Shown here: positions 32,426 to 42,826 of the stretch, piece after piece
How the letters are laid out: each line of letters opens with the position of its first letter
How positions within the stretch are numbered: position 1 is the first letter of the stretch
Assembly: GCA_963815115.1 (NCBI GenBank)
Contig: CAWFFN010000005.1
Location: 1,216,001-1,280,000, forward strand
Source of the DNA: an uncultured delta proteobacterium
GTDB lineage: Bacteria > Desulfobacterota > Binatia > DP-6
Direction: 5' to 3'
DNA length: 64,000 bases
Program-made: the position numbers and the translations under genes
The notes under the pieces: generated by a model
Database searches by the model: none
What the model was told of the DNA's origin: nothing
The model's input: only the letters and a program-made list of their open reading frames with translations

Positions 32426-33444
32426 GGCAGCTCACGTGCAGCGCACCCAACACCATCGGATGGCAGGAGGTTCCCGAGCCGCGGCTCCAGGGAGACGACG
32501 AGGCCCTCGTCCGTCCTCTCTCCGTCGCACGGTGTGACATCGACCTCTTCCTCACCTCCGGCCTGTTCCCGTCGCGCGGGCCCTTCGCGCTCGGCCACGA
32601 GGGTGTCGCCGAGATCCTCGAGCTCGGGGATGCGGTACGCGGGCTGGAGGTTGGCCAGCGCGTCGTCGTCGCCTTCCAGGTGTCGTGCGGCACCTGCGGC
32701 TCCTGCGCCGCGGGCCATACCGCGAACTGCGATCGCTATCCGGTGCTCTCCGACTACGGCATGCAGCCGCTCTCGGGCACCGAGTACGGCGGCATGCTCT
32801 CGGACGTCCTCCGCGTCCCGCACGCGCAGGCGATGCTCGCACCGGTCGCCCCGGGCCTCGACCCGATCGCGCTCGGCAGCGTGTCCGACAACGTGCTCGA
32901 CGGCTATCGCGCCGTCGCCCCGCACCTCGCGGCCCAGCCCGGGGCCGACGTCCTCATCGTGTGTCACGGTCTGAAGAGCGTCCCGCTCTACGCGGCACAG
33001 GCGGCGCTCGCCCTCGGCGCCGGGCGAGTCGACTACGCCAGTGACGACACCGAGGCGTTGGCGATCGCCGAGCGTCTCGGCGCTCGGCCCATTCGCACCG
33101 ACTTCGAGAAGCCTGAGCGGCGGTACCCGATCGTCGTCGACGCGGGACTCACGCCCAACGGTCTGCGCTACGCCGTGCGTGCCACAGCGCCTGAAGCCAC
33201 CTTGCAGAGCGTGAGCTTCTACGCCGGCGGCGACACGCCGATGCCGCTCGGCCGCCTGTACACGCTCGGCATCCGCTTCTTCACCGGCCGCGCCCACGCG
33301 GCGGCCCTGCTTCCCCAGGTGATGCCCCTCATCGAGGCAGGACGCCTGCGCCCCGCGGAGGTGACCACGCGTGTCGTCGACTGGGAGGAGGCGCCGGCGG
33401 CGTACGCGGAGCCGGCGATCAAGCTCGTGGTCCGCCGCGCATGA
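32422..33444 (+). CDS. zinc-dependent alcohol dehydrogenase
   Basis: CDID, GHEG, CGTCGSC..C motifs. Confidence 0.9.
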   Translation: MRQLTCSAPNTIGWQEVPEPRLQGDDEALVRPLSVARCDIDLFLTSGLFPSRGPFALGHEGVAEILELGDAVRGLEVGQRVVVAFQVSCGTCGSCAAGHTANCDRYPVLSDYGMQPLSGTEYGGMLSDVLRVPHAQAMLAPVAPGLDPIALGSVSDNVLDGYRAVAPHLAAQPGADVLIVCHGLKSVPLYAAQAALALGAGRVDYASDDTEALAIAERLGARPIRTDFEKPERRYPIVVDAGLTPNGLRYAVRATAPEATLQSVSFYAGGDTPMPLGRLYTLGIRFFTGRAHAAALLPQVMPLIEAGRLRPAEVTTRVVDWEEAPAAYAEPAIKLVVRRA

Positions 33445-33529
33445 GCCGGGCACGCCCAGTGCAGCGCTCCCGCGCGACCGCGCTTTGATTCGCGCATGTC
33501 CGCGTGGCTTGATCGCCTCGGAGGTGCCC

Positions 33530-34384
33530 ATGGAGCAACTGAACTACGAGGAGTTCGTCCGCGAGCTCGAGGCTGATCCGCGTACGCTGGTGCGGGTGGA
33601 GCGCCCGCGACCGCATGCCGCCGTGCTTCGTGTCGACGACCCCACGAACATGAACGCGCTTTCGGGGCCCCTGACCGTGCAGCTCCGCCGGGCGCTCGCG
33701 GGCGCGCTCGGCGATCCGTCCGTGCGCGCCGTCGTGCTCACCGGCACCGGTCCGTTCTTCTCGGTGGGCGGCGACTGGAAGCTCATGCGCGACCGCGCGC
33801 ACACGGCGGAAGGACGTGACGAGGGCTCCGTCGGCATCTGGAAGTGGATCCGCTACCAGTTCGGTGGCATCGCGCGCCTCATCGCTCAGTCCGACACCCC
33901 GGTCGTCGTCGCGCTGAACGGCACCGTCGCCGGTGTCGCCCTCGCCTGGACGCTCTCGAGCGATCTCGTGGTCGCGTCCGACCGCGCGCAGCTCGTCCTC
34001 GCCTTCGGCCGCATCGGCCTCGTGCCCGAGGTCGGTACCAACTGGGCGCTCACGCGCCGGGTGGGACACCGCAAGGCCTTCGAGCTCTTCGTCCGCGGCG
34101 GCACCGTGGCCGCCGACGAGGCGCTCGCGCTCGGCCTCGTGAACCAGGTCGTCCCCCACGACGGCCTCCTCGATGCGGCGCTCGGGTGGTGCGATCGCAT
34201 CGTGCGCCTTCCCGAGCACGTGGTCTCGATGACGAAGCCCCTCATGCGGGCGGCGGCCGACATGAGCTGGCAGCACGCGATCTTGACGGAGGAGTTCGCC
34301 GAGCCGATGACGTTCACGACAGGCGCCCATCGCCGCGCGGTGGACGCGCTGCTGGCGAAGACCGAGCGGGCGGTCGAGCAGTAG
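33530..34384 (+). CDS. enoyl-CoA hydratase/isomerase family protein
   Basis: MNALS, FSVGGD, FGRIGLVPEVG, EALALGLVN. Confidence 0.9.
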   Translation: MEQLNYEEFVRELEADPRTLVRVERPRPHAAVLRVDDPTNMNALSGPLTVQLRRALAGALGDPSVRAVVLTGTGPFFSVGGDWKLMRDRAHTAEGRDEGSVGIWKWIRYQFGGIARLIAQSDTPVVVALNGTVAGVALAWTLSSDLVVASDRAQLVLAFGRIGLVPEVGTNWALTRRVGHRKAFELFVRGGTVAADEALALGLVNQVVPHDGLLDAALGWCDRIVRLPEHVVSMTKPLMRAAADMSWQHAILTEEFAEPMTFTTGAHRRAVDALLAKTERAVEQ

Positions 34385-34470
34385 GCCGCCGGGCGACCGT
34401 ACGTTCCCCGGTCGGTCACGATTGCCCACGCCGGGTCGAGCGCGTCGGTCTCTGTTGAACCCCGGATCCG

Positions 34471-34896
34471 CTACCCGTGGGGCTGGTCGACGGGTTCTCC
34501 GGCCGCCTTCCAGCCCTTGAGTCCGTCGACCATGACGCTCACGTCGGTGTACCCGGCTTCGACCGCCCGACGGGCAGCCGCGTGGGACGCCAGTCAATGG
34601 ATGTTCGCGCAGTAGAAGACCAGCCGGGCGTCCTTCCGAGGCGGCAACTCCTTCGCCACGTCGTACTTGTTGTCACTCGACAGGAGGACCGCGCCGGGAA
34701 TGACGCCCTCTCGCGCCCGGAAGTCCGGCGCGTTGGCGTCGAGCACCGTGACGGCCGCGTTCGGGGCGGCTCTCAGGGCGACGAGGTCGTTCACGTGGAT
34801 CAGCTTGAAGCCGTCGCCCGCTGGCGCCGCAGTCGCCGTCCCGCTCACGAATACGGCAAGCACGAATACGGCGGGCAACAGCCGAACGAGTCGCAT
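34471..34896 (-). CDS. exported rhodanese-like protein, probable selenoprotein (UGA at 34594-34596)
   Basis: GVIPGAVLL..LVFYCANIH-UGA-LASHAAARRAVEAGYTDVSVMVDGLKGWKAAG: the domain continues in frame past the TGA. Confidence 0.8.
34561..34579 (-). promoter_or_regulatory. candidate bacterial SECIS hairpin
   Basis: GGCTGCCC-GTC-GGGCGGTC; the G-initiated loop starts 23 nt after the UGA. Confidence 0.6.
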
Positions 34897-35064
34897 GTCC
34901 GGATCGTAGCTCGACCGTCGCTCTGGCACAACGAGAATACCCGGATGCCTCTCCTCCACGACCAGCCGCCGCCCGCGCTCGCGCGACTTGGCTTCGGCGG
35001 GAGACATGGCTAGACCCTTGCACGCTCCAGTTGCCGACAACTCGTAGGAAAGAGGGATTAGATC

Positions 35065-36207
35065 ATGCCGATTTCGCGCTCCATCTTCCGGTCGATCGGT
35101 GCAGGGCTGGCGATCATGCTCGCTGCCTCGGGCCCCGCATCGGGCGCTGACGCCGCCGTGACGTGTAGCGCCGCCAAGGGCAAGGCGGCGGGGACGAAGG
35201 TCGACGGGAAACTCGCCTGCGCGGCCAGGGCCGCAATCAAGGGTGAGGCCGCAGATCCTCTGTGCCTGGCGAAGGCGGAGCACCGGTTCGAGCGTGCCTT
35301 CGAGAAGGCGGAAGACAACGCGCAATCCAGCGGCGGCTGCGCGACGGTCGGCGACGCGGCGGAGGTCGAGGCGCTGGTCGACGCGTGCGTGAACGACGTC
35401 CGGAGCCGCCTCGGCGTCGCGGGCGCAGCGCAGGCCGCCTCGAGGTGTACGGCCGACAAGCTGCGTGCCACGGGAACGGCCGTGAATGGCAGTCTGGTGT
35501 GCTGGGCCAAGGCGGCGGCGCGTGGGGCAGCCGTCGACTCCGACTGTCTGGCGAGGGCAGCGGCGAGATACGGCAACGGCTTCGCGAGGGCGGAATCGAG
35601 GGGCGACTGCCTCACGACCGGCGATGCGGCGGCGGTCTTCACGGCGGTCGACGACTGCGTCGCTGCCATCGTCCCGGCACTGGGCGGCTCATCGACGACC
35701 ACCACCATCACGAGCCCCGCCTCGACCACGACGACACTCGCGTGCGGCACCGAGCCGGCGGCGGTCCGAGGCGTCACGGCACGGCACAACCAGGTGCGCG
35801 CGAGCGCGACGCCGGCGCCCAACCCTCCGCTGAACCCGCTCTGCTACAGCACGACCGTGCAGGCGACGGCGCAGGCGTGGGCCGATCGCTGCCACTACGA
35901 GCACAACACCGCGCTGCGCGGTGTCTACGGCGAGAACATCGCTGCCTACGGATCGGCTTCCGGTACGGTGGTGGGCGCGGCCGGGCTCTGGGCTGCCGAG
36001 GCGCCGAACTACACCTACTCCAACAATCGCTGCTCCGGCGTCTGCGGCCACTACACCCAGATGGTCTGGCGGTCGACGCAGCGGCTGGGGTGCGGGATCA
36101 AGGTGTGCACGACGGGATCGCCCTTCGGGCACGACTACCCGACGTGGACCTTCATCGTCTGCGACTACGATCCGCCGGGGAACTGGGTGGGGCAGAAGCC
36201 GTACTGA
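35065..36207 (+). CDS. secreted protein: two 4-Cys helical domains, Thr linker, CAP/SCP (PR-1-like) domain
   Basis: HNQVRA, YGENI, GHYTQMVW..TQRLGCG, VCDYDPPGN. Confidence 0.9.
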   Translation: MPISRSIFRSIGAGLAIMLAASGPASGADAAVTCSAAKGKAAGTKVDGKLACAARAAIKGEAADPLCLAKAEHRFERAFEKAEDNAQSSGGCATVGDAAEVEALVDACVNDVRSRLGVAGAAQAASRCTADKLRATGTAVNGSLVCWAKAAARGAAVDSDCLARAAARYGNGFARAESRGDCLTTGDAAAVFTAVDDCVAAIVPALGGSSTTTTITSPASTTTTLACGTEPAAVRGVTARHNQVRASATPAPNPPLNPLCYSTTVQATAQAWADRCHYEHNTALRGVYGENIAAYGSASGTVVGAAGLWAAEAPNYTYSNNRCSGVCGHYTQMVWRSTQRLGCGIKVCTTGSPFGHDYPTWTFIVCDYDPPGNWVGQKPY

Positions 36208-36507
36208 CCGGGGTACGCAGCTTGCCGCGTGCGACCGATGGCAGCGACATGCCATGGGGGGGAAGTCCACATGCGCGGCTCGCGAGGACGTCTGGGCGGT
36301 TCCAGTGTGCTCCTGTCGGGTGCGTTCCCGGTCGTGTGGGCCGCCGGCGCTCGGGCGCAGGTGCCCTTCGAGGGTGGGACCGCAGATCGCCGGCGCTCGT
36401 CTCCAGCACTGCGCCGGACCGGCCATGCATTGCCGACGCGGAGCGTCGCCCACCCGTGGCCAACGCGGCTCCCGGAGGTGTCCCGCCGTCGGCCCGTGGC
36501 GGCCGGG

Positions 36508-36897
36508 TCAGTAGCCGGCGAGGAGCAGCCCCGCCGCGAGCACGAGGCCGGTGGCGCCCATGGCATGGAGCACCCGCGGATCCATCGCACGCGCCCGCGC
36601 TCCGGACATCGCCGCGCGACGATCATCCGTGACGACGACGTAGTCCGCCAGCGCGACCACCGCGGTGAGGCACAGCCCCAAGGCAAGTGGCCCGCGTCGA
36701 TGCTGGAAGGCGATCACGGCGAGGAGCCCGCCGATCACGACGTCCCGCGCGCCCATCGCGCGAATGAACGCGAGCCCTCGCGGATCGTCGAGCACGATCC
36801 CGTACAGCACAGCCGATCGGCGTGGCGCCGCGAGTGCCCCGAAACCGACCGCGACGAGGGAGATGATGACCGCCGCCGACAACGCCCATCCGAGCAT
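36508..36897 (-). CDS. DUF4267-like membrane protein
   Basis: YGI...AMGARDVVIG; four hydrophobic segments. Confidence 0.7.
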   Translation of the reverse strand: MLGWALSAAVIISLVAVGFGALAAPRRSAVLYGIVLDDPRGLAFIRAMGARDVVIGGLLAVIAFQHRRGPLALGLCLTAVVALADYVVVTDDRRAAMSGARARAMDPRVLHAMGATGLVLAAGLLLAGY

Positions 36898-37152
36898 CGG
36901 CCCCGGGGTATCAGAGCCGCGACCTGCGGTCACGACAGCTCCGGTAGTTCCGGCGCAGTATCCCGGCCGGCGCCGTGAGATGCCGCTCGACCGGCCCTCG
37001 GCGATCCCGAGCAGCACCCGAGCGCACGCTGCACCGGCGTGCCGTCGTGCCGCGGTCATCTGGGGCGTGTCCGCGGTGAGCACCGACCCGCCGTCGGACC
37101 TCGCCGGCCGCGGCGCGACTTCGTTGCCCGTGCCGTGATAGGAGGTGGTCCC

Positions 37153-38541
37153 ATGCAGGCCGCCGCAGCTCCGCTGCCGGGCGTCGGATCGCCGCTCCCG
37201 CCCGGACCGCGCACGCCGCGCCTCTGGCAGAGCCTCTCCTACGCCCTCCGGCCCTATGCCACCGTCGAGTCCGCGCGACCGTGGGGTGACCGGTATACCG
37301 TCGAGGCCATCGGCACGCGCGGGAAGCTCGTCGTGTTCTCGGATCCCGAGGCCGTCAGGGACATCTTCGGCAGCGACGGCGATACGCTCCGCGCCGGCGA
37401 GGCCACCGGTGCGATCCTCGGTCCCCTCATCGGCTGGCACTCGCTTCTCGTCCTCGACGGGGAGCGGCATCTGCATGAGCGGCGACTGATGAGCCCGCCG
37501 TTCCACGGCGAGCGCATGCACGTCTACGGCCGCCTCATGCGCGACATCGCGGTGCGCGCGATCGCGCGCTGGCCGGTGGGCCAGCCATTCCCGATCCATC
37601 GCGAGATGCAGGCGATCACGCTCGACGTCATCATCCGCGCGGTGTTCGGCGTCGATCAAGATGCGCTGTTCACGAAATTCCGCGCCGAGGTCGCACGCTT
37701 CGTCGCGCAGGTGAACGGCCCCTCGGCATCGTTCATCGCACTGCACCCGTTCCAGGTCGATCTGGGTCGCTTCTCGCCCTGGGGCCGGTTCGTGCGCAAC
37801 CGCCAGGTGATCAGGGACAGCGTGCTCGCCGAGATCAAGCGCCGGCGCGGCGATGGCGTGGCGGGGCGCACGGACATTCTGTCGCTCCTCCTCGAGGCCC
37901 ACGACGAGCACGGCGAGCCGATGCAGGACGACGAGCTGGTCGACGAGATGTTCACCTTGCTGATGGCCGGGCACGAGACCACCGCGACCTCGCTCGCCTG
38001 GGTCGTCTGGCACCTGCTCAACCATCCCGGGGTGATGGCGAGGCTGCGCGAGGAGATCGCGCGGGTGACCGGTGGTGCGGACCTTGAGGCGGAGCATCTC
38101 CCCCGCCTCGAGTACCTCGATGCGGTCATCAAGGAGTCGATGCGCTTGACACCTGTCGCGACCATGGTCGCCCGCCGGCTCCACGCGCCCGCGCGCGTCG
38201 GCGGCCTCGACCTCCCGGCCGGAACGAGCGTCGGCGCGAACATCTACATGGCGCACCGCCGGCCGGAGGCCTGGCCGAACCCCGAGCAATTCGACCCCTC
38301 CCGCTTCCTGGGTGCCCGTCCCAATCCGTTCACCTTCTTCCCCTTCGGCGGCGGCGTCCGGCGCTGCCTCGGCGCGGCCATCGCGACCTACGAGATGAAG
38401 ACGGTCCTGCCCGAGATCCTGTCACGGGTCGACCTCCGCATCGCGCCCGGCTACCGCATGCGGCCGGTCCTCCGCGCTGTCACGATCGCGCCGTCGCGCG
38501 GGATGCCGGTCGTCGTGGAGCGCCGGCGCCAACCCGGGTAA
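37153..38541 (+). CDS. cytochrome P450
   Basis: AGHETT, ESMR, FDPSRF, PFGGGVRRCLG; GGAGG RBS. Confidence 0.95.
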   Translation: MQAAAAPLPGVGSPLPPGPRTPRLWQSLSYALRPYATVESARPWGDRYTVEAIGTRGKLVVFSDPEAVRDIFGSDGDTLRAGEATGAILGPLIGWHSLLVLDGERHLHERRLMSPPFHGERMHVYGRLMRDIAVRAIARWPVGQPFPIHREMQAITLDVIIRAVFGVDQDALFTKFRAEVARFVAQVNGPSASFIALHPFQVDLGRFSPWGRFVRNRQVIRDSVLAEIKRRRGDGVAGRTDILSLLLEAHDEHGEPMQDDELVDEMFTLLMAGHETTATSLAWVVWHLLNHPGVMARLREEIARVTGGADLEAEHLPRLEYLDAVIKESMRLTPVATMVARRLHAPARVGGLDLPAGTSVGANIYMAHRRPEAWPNPEQFDPSRFLGARPNPFTFFPFGGGVRRCLGAAIATYEMKTVLPEILSRVDLRIAPGYRMRPVLRAVTIAPSRGMPVVVERRRQPG

Positions 38542-38636
38542 CGCCGCGCTCGCCCGTGATCGTCCCGGTGGCGCCAGCGGCCGGAGCGCGCGCATCAACT
38601 CAAAGGATACATCCCGCTGCCATCACTCGGCTCTGC

Positions 38637-38822
38637 TCACGCCTTCTTGTTCTTCGATCCCGGCGGACGGCCGGGGCCACGGCGACGCCTGCGACGGCGG
38701 CGGCCGTTCTTCGGCTTCGTCTTCCTCGGGGAGACGCTTCCGAGTAACGCCTGGATCGCAGAGCGCACCTCCTGTTGCACCATGTCCCGGATGATCGTCA
38801 GCAAACTCTTCTGTCTCGGCAT
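38637..38822 (-). CDS. small basic protein with AT-hook-like tail
   Basis: AAAGGA RBS; RRRRRRRGPGRPPGSKNKK. Confidence 0.7.
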   Translation of the reverse strand: MPRQKSLLTIIRDMVQQEVRSAIQALLGSVSPRKTKPKNGRRRRRRRRGPGRPPGSKNKKA

Positions 38823-38942
38823 CGAGTCATCCTTTCGGGCGGCAGATACACGAATGGGCGATCATCGGCAAAGGCAGTGAGACAGGCGAGCCAGCTTCAG
38901 GAGAACATGCAGGCGGTACCACAGCCACAGCGGCGCGCCCGA

Positions 38943-39671
38943 CTACCAGCGGCCGAAATGAGAGCCGCCATCGACGTACAGGATGTGACCGGTGACCGTC
39001 GCGGCATCCGTGAGGTACATGACCGCGTCCGTGATGTCCTTCACCGTCGAGGGCCGACCCATCGGCGACAGGCTCTCCATCACGTCCTGCGGAGTCTCCC
39101 GGTGAAGCGGCGTGTAGACGACGCCAGGCGCGACGGCGTTCACCCGGATGCCGTCTTGCGCGTACTCCATCGCAAGGTGCTGGGTGACCGTCTCAAGACC
39201 GCCTTTGGTGACCATGGGCACGGCCGCCGTGACGCCCCGGATCGGGTTGCGAGCAAGGGCCGCCGTGATCGTGACGATGCTCCCGCCGGTCTTCTGCGCC
39301 AACATGTGCTTGATGGAGAGCTGGGTGACGTACAGGAAGCCCTCGATGTTCGTCGAGACGAGCGACCTGAAGTCCTCGGCCGTGTAGTCGGTGAACGGCT
39401 TGGTGAAGAAGATGCCGGCGTTGTTGACCAGTGCGTCGATCGACTTGAAGCGCGACAGCGCCGTCTCGACGATCCTGGCGGCAGTTGCCGGCTCGCCGAT
39501 GTGGCCGTCCACCAGAGCGACGTGGTCGGAAGCCGCGACCTCGCCGGACTGGGTCATCTTGCGGGAATTGGCAACCACGTTGAAACCGCGTTCGACAAAC
39601 CCTTTCACGATTCCCGCGCCTATCCCCTGCGAAGCTCCGGTCACCAGGGCAGTCTTCCGTGGGTCGCTCAT
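38943..39671 (-). CDS. SDR family oxidoreductase
   Basis: TGASQGIG, NNAG, RVNAVAPG, VDGG. Confidence 0.95.
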   Translation of the reverse strand: MSDPRKTALVTGASQGIGAGIVKGFVERGFNVVANSRKMTQSGEVAASDHVALVDGHIGEPATAARIVETALSRFKSIDALVNNAGIFFTKPFTDYTAEDFRSLVSTNIEGFLYVTQLSIKHMLAQKTGGSIVTITAALARNPIRGVTAAVPMVTKGGLETVTQHLAMEYAQDGIRVNAVAPGVVYTPLHRETPQDVMESLSPMGRPSTVKDITDAVMYLTDAATVTGHILYVDGGSHFGRW

Positions 39672-39738
39672 CGTCGTTTAGCCCTCGAAGCCGATCGCCC
39701 AGAGATGAGCAGAACCCGGCATCATGGAATTTGTGGGC

Positions 39739-40725
39739 CTACTGTTTGTTCGACATGAAACCGCGAACGAGGTCGGCAATCTCATCGGCGGCGGTATCCA
39801 GGGCGAAGTGCCCCGCATCGAGGAGGTGAACCTGGGCCTTCGGAACGTCACGGTGGTACGCCTCGGGCTCCGTCAGCTCAAACGACAGGTCGTACTTTCC
39901 CCAGAGCACCAGCAGGCGCGGCTGGGTCTTTTGCATCCATGCCTGCCATTTCGGGTAGGCGTCCACGTTGGTGCGGTAGTCGTAGAACAGATCGCTCTGG
40001 ATGTCGGCCTCTCCTGGCTTGTTCAGGAACGCGTATTCGTCGGTCCAGAGATCGGGATCGTACTTCTCGGGGTTCGGGTCGTTGCCGACGTGACGCGTCC
40101 GCGTGGTGTCCAGAGAGAGCAGGTTGGTCCGCAGCGCAGCCTCGTGTGAGGTGCGGTCCGCCCAGAACGCACGCCTCGTCTTCCAGTTGTCGCCGAGCCC
40201 TTCGTTGTGGGCGACGGCATCCTGAACGATCAGGGCTTCGACGCGATCCGGGTGAGCGAGCGCCATCCGAAAGCCGACCGGTCCGCCGTAGTCCTGCATG
40301 TAAAGGGTGTACCTGGTCAGGTTCAACGCCTCGGTGAAGTGATCCATCACCTTGGCGATGCTGTCGAAGGTGTACGAGAACTCCTTCGGTGTCGGCGCGT
40401 CGCTGTGCCCGAAGCCCGGATAGTCGGGAGCGACCATGTGAAACTGGCCCGCCAGCCGCCCGAGCAGCGGCTCGAACATGCGCGACGACGACGGAAGGCC
40501 GTGAAGCAGCAGCATGGTCGGGGCGTCGTTCGGCCCGGCTTCGCGGTAGAAGATGGAGAGGCCGTCCACGTTCACCGTACGGTACGAGACATGCTGCGCC
40601 ATCGCAGGCTCCTTCGACTGGGCGGCGAGCATGTTGCCGGACAGAATGGACACGGCGACCAGACCGGGCCACGTCATCCTCGGGGAGAACATGTCACGTA
40701 CCCTCGGCGGCAAAAGCGTCATCAA
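39739..40725 (-). CDS. alpha/beta hydrolase (epoxide hydrolase-like)
   Basis: LLHGLP, PDYPGFG, QDYGG, AGHFAL; start uncertain. Confidence 0.9.
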   Translation of the reverse strand: MMTLLPPRVRDMFSPRMTWPGLVAVSILSGNMLAAQSKEPAMAQHVSYRTVNVDGLSIFYREAGPNDAPTMLLLHGLPSSSRMFEPLLGRLAGQFHMVAPDYPGFGHSDAPTPKEFSYTFDSIAKVMDHFTEALNLTRYTLYMQDYGGPVGFRMALAHPDRVEALIVQDAVAHNEGLGDNWKTRRAFWADRTSHEAALRTNLLSLDTTRTRHVGNDPNPEKYDPDLWTDEYAFLNKPGEADIQSDLFYDYRTNVDAYPKWQAWMQKTQPRLLVLWGKYDLSFELTEPEAYHRDVPKAQVHLLDAGHFALDTAADEIADLVRGFMSNKQ

Positions 40726-40770
40726 TCATGGCCGGTGAGATGTGGTCCGAGTAACCGCCGACGACCTTGG

Positions 40771-42129
40771 TCACGCGGCCCCGCGCGGAACGAAACGTTT
40801 GACCTTTCCGGAAATCTGACGCGACAGCTCCGGCACCTGCTCGAGAATCACGGCGGGGTCCGAGAGGCCGCAGCGGCGCAGCTCCGCTTCGAGAGTGCCG
40901 GCCAGTTCCGGCAGCTCGACCGGTCCGTTCGCGCAGAGGCGCACCCGGATCCCCCGGTCGGTCTGGATCACCTGGTACTCGACCACGTGCCGATGGCGGC
41001 CGAGCGGAGCGCGGATGGTGAGCGGATGCACGCAGACCCCACCCGGGTAGGTGAAGGCATCGTCGCTCCGTCCGAGCACGTGATCGATGCGACGTGACTC
41101 CACGCCACAGGCGCATGGCTCCGCGAGCACGACCATCTGGTCGGTCACCTCGTAGCGGATCAGCGGCTGGACGAGATTGTAGAGATTGGTGATGAGCAGC
41201 TTCGCGGCCTGCGTGCCGGGCGGCACGGGGCGGTCCGCATCGTCGACCAGCTCGATGTAGTAGAGGTCGTCGGGCAGATGCATCGCGTCGCCCGCGCGGC
41301 ACGGGATGGCGTACGGTCCCTCGGACATGCCGTAGTAGTTGTGGACGTGAACCGGCCACGCGGCCTCGATCTCGTCACGGGCCTCCGGTAGGAGCGGCTC
41401 GCCACACGTGAACACCGATTGCGGCGCGATGACCAGCCGACCGGCCCTCGCCTCCCCCGCGAGGAGCGCGAGCGTCGAGGCGTACCCCGACAGGGTCCGC
41501 GGCTGGAGGGCGTTGAGCCGCTGCACCATGTCCGCGAGGGGCAAGGTCGGGGCGATGCTCGTGAGCTCTACGGGCGGTGGGAAGACCTCGAGGGAGACCC
41601 ACGAGACGTGCGCTCCGCGCGGAGCCCAGAGGTTTGCCCAGGGAGCCTCAGCCGGAAAACCGTTCCTCATCCGCCAGCGGGCGAGCTGGCACGTGAAGAT
41701 GATGAACGCGTCCCAGTCGTACGCGAACACGCCCCGGCGTCCGCTCGACCCCCCGGACGCGATGACGAGATAACGATCGAAGAGATAGAGGTTCTCGGGG
41801 GGGTGCTCCACGTAGCTGTCGACGGCAGCGCGCGTGAGACGCGGATCGGTCACGACGGCCTCGAAATTGTCCATGAGGTCGCCTTTGGTCATGATCGGTA
41901 GCGAGCGGAGATCCGTCTCCGTGAAGGCCGCCGCATCGACGTGGCGGAGGCGATCGCGATGCCACGCCGAGCGTGCCTGTGCGGTCGCGAGCAACACCCG
42001 CATGCGCCGCTCGCGCTCGACTCGGAGCTGGGCCGCCGGCCACTCGAGTTGGCTCAGATATCTCGGGAGGGCAGCATCCCTCTCGGCAGCATGACGGGTC
42101 CGCAGTTCCTCGAACGTGCCGTGTGACAT
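40771..42129 (-). CDS. phenylacetate-CoA ligase family protein
   Basis: SGGSSG, YYGMSE, TNLYNLVQPLIRYEVTD, GRSDD. Confidence 0.9.
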   Translation of the reverse strand: MSHGTFEELRTRHAAERDAALPRYLSQLEWPAAQLRVERERRMRVLLATAQARSAWHRDRLRHVDAAAFTETDLRSLPIMTKGDLMDNFEAVVTDPRLTRAAVDSYVEHPPENLYLFDRYLVIASGGSSGRRGVFAYDWDAFIIFTCQLARWRMRNGFPAEAPWANLWAPRGAHVSWVSLEVFPPPVELTSIAPTLPLADMVQRLNALQPRTLSGYASTLALLAGEARAGRLVIAPQSVFTCGEPLLPEARDEIEAAWPVHVHNYYGMSEGPYAIPCRAGDAMHLPDDLYYIELVDDADRPVPPGTQAAKLLITNLYNLVQPLIRYEVTDQMVVLAEPCACGVESRRIDHVLGRSDDAFTYPGGVCVHPLTIRAPLGRHRHVVEYQVIQTDRGIRVRLCANGPVELPELAGTLEAELRRCGLSDPAVILEQVPELSRQISGKVKRFVPRGAA

Positions 42130-42346
42130 GGCTTCCCCTGCCACGCGCCGTTCGGTGCGGTCAACGACTGGCGTGCGGAGGGCCGCCTCCGGCTGGCGGC
42201 TGCGGCACCGGGTGCAGCCGGCGGAGGTCGATGCCGGGCGGGGATCCACCGGCTGCGTCAGTCCGGTTGCGTTCGAGCGCCAGTACGGGGAGAAGCAGGA
42301 AGCGCAATCAACGCAACGCGGATCCAGGGATGTCGAGAGGCCCGCA

Positions 42347-42772
42347 ATGAAGTCTCGCTCCGCACGCTGCCATTGCGGGCAACTCGAACTCACATGTTCT
42401 GGTGAGCCGAGGCGGATCTCGATGTGTCACTGCCTCGAATGCCAGCGTCGCACGGGCAGTGTCTTCAGCGTCGCGGTCTTCTACGAGCGCGGCAGGGTGC
42501 GCATCGAGCGCGGCACATCCGAGGTCTTCGAGCGCGGATCCGCCAGTGGCTTTCCCGTGAGGTTCCACTTCTGTGGCCGATGTGGATCGAACGTGTACTG
42601 GGAGCCGGTGCGGATGCTCGACCTCGTCGGCGTCGCGGTCGGCGCATTCGGGGACCCGACCTTCCCCCGACCGGCGCAGTCGGTCTGGACGAAGGACAGG
42701 CACGCGTGGATCGGTCTTCCAGAAGACATGGCGACGTTCGAGTCGAACCCGCCGCCTCGCGGCGTGCGGTAG
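42347..42772 (+). CDS. GFA family protein
   Basis: CHCG, CHCLECQRRTG, FCGRCGS. Confidence 0.9.
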   Translation: MKSRSARCHCGQLELTCSGEPRRISMCHCLECQRRTGSVFSVAVFYERGRVRIERGTSEVFERGSASGFPVRFHFCGRCGSNVYWEPVRMLDLVGVAVGAFGDPTFPRPAQSVWTKDRHAWIGLPEDMATFESNPPPRGVR

Positions 42773-42826
42773 CCTGCACGCTGTGGAACGTGTCTTCGAA
42801 TGTCCCGGCTTGTAGCGGAGGTGTCT

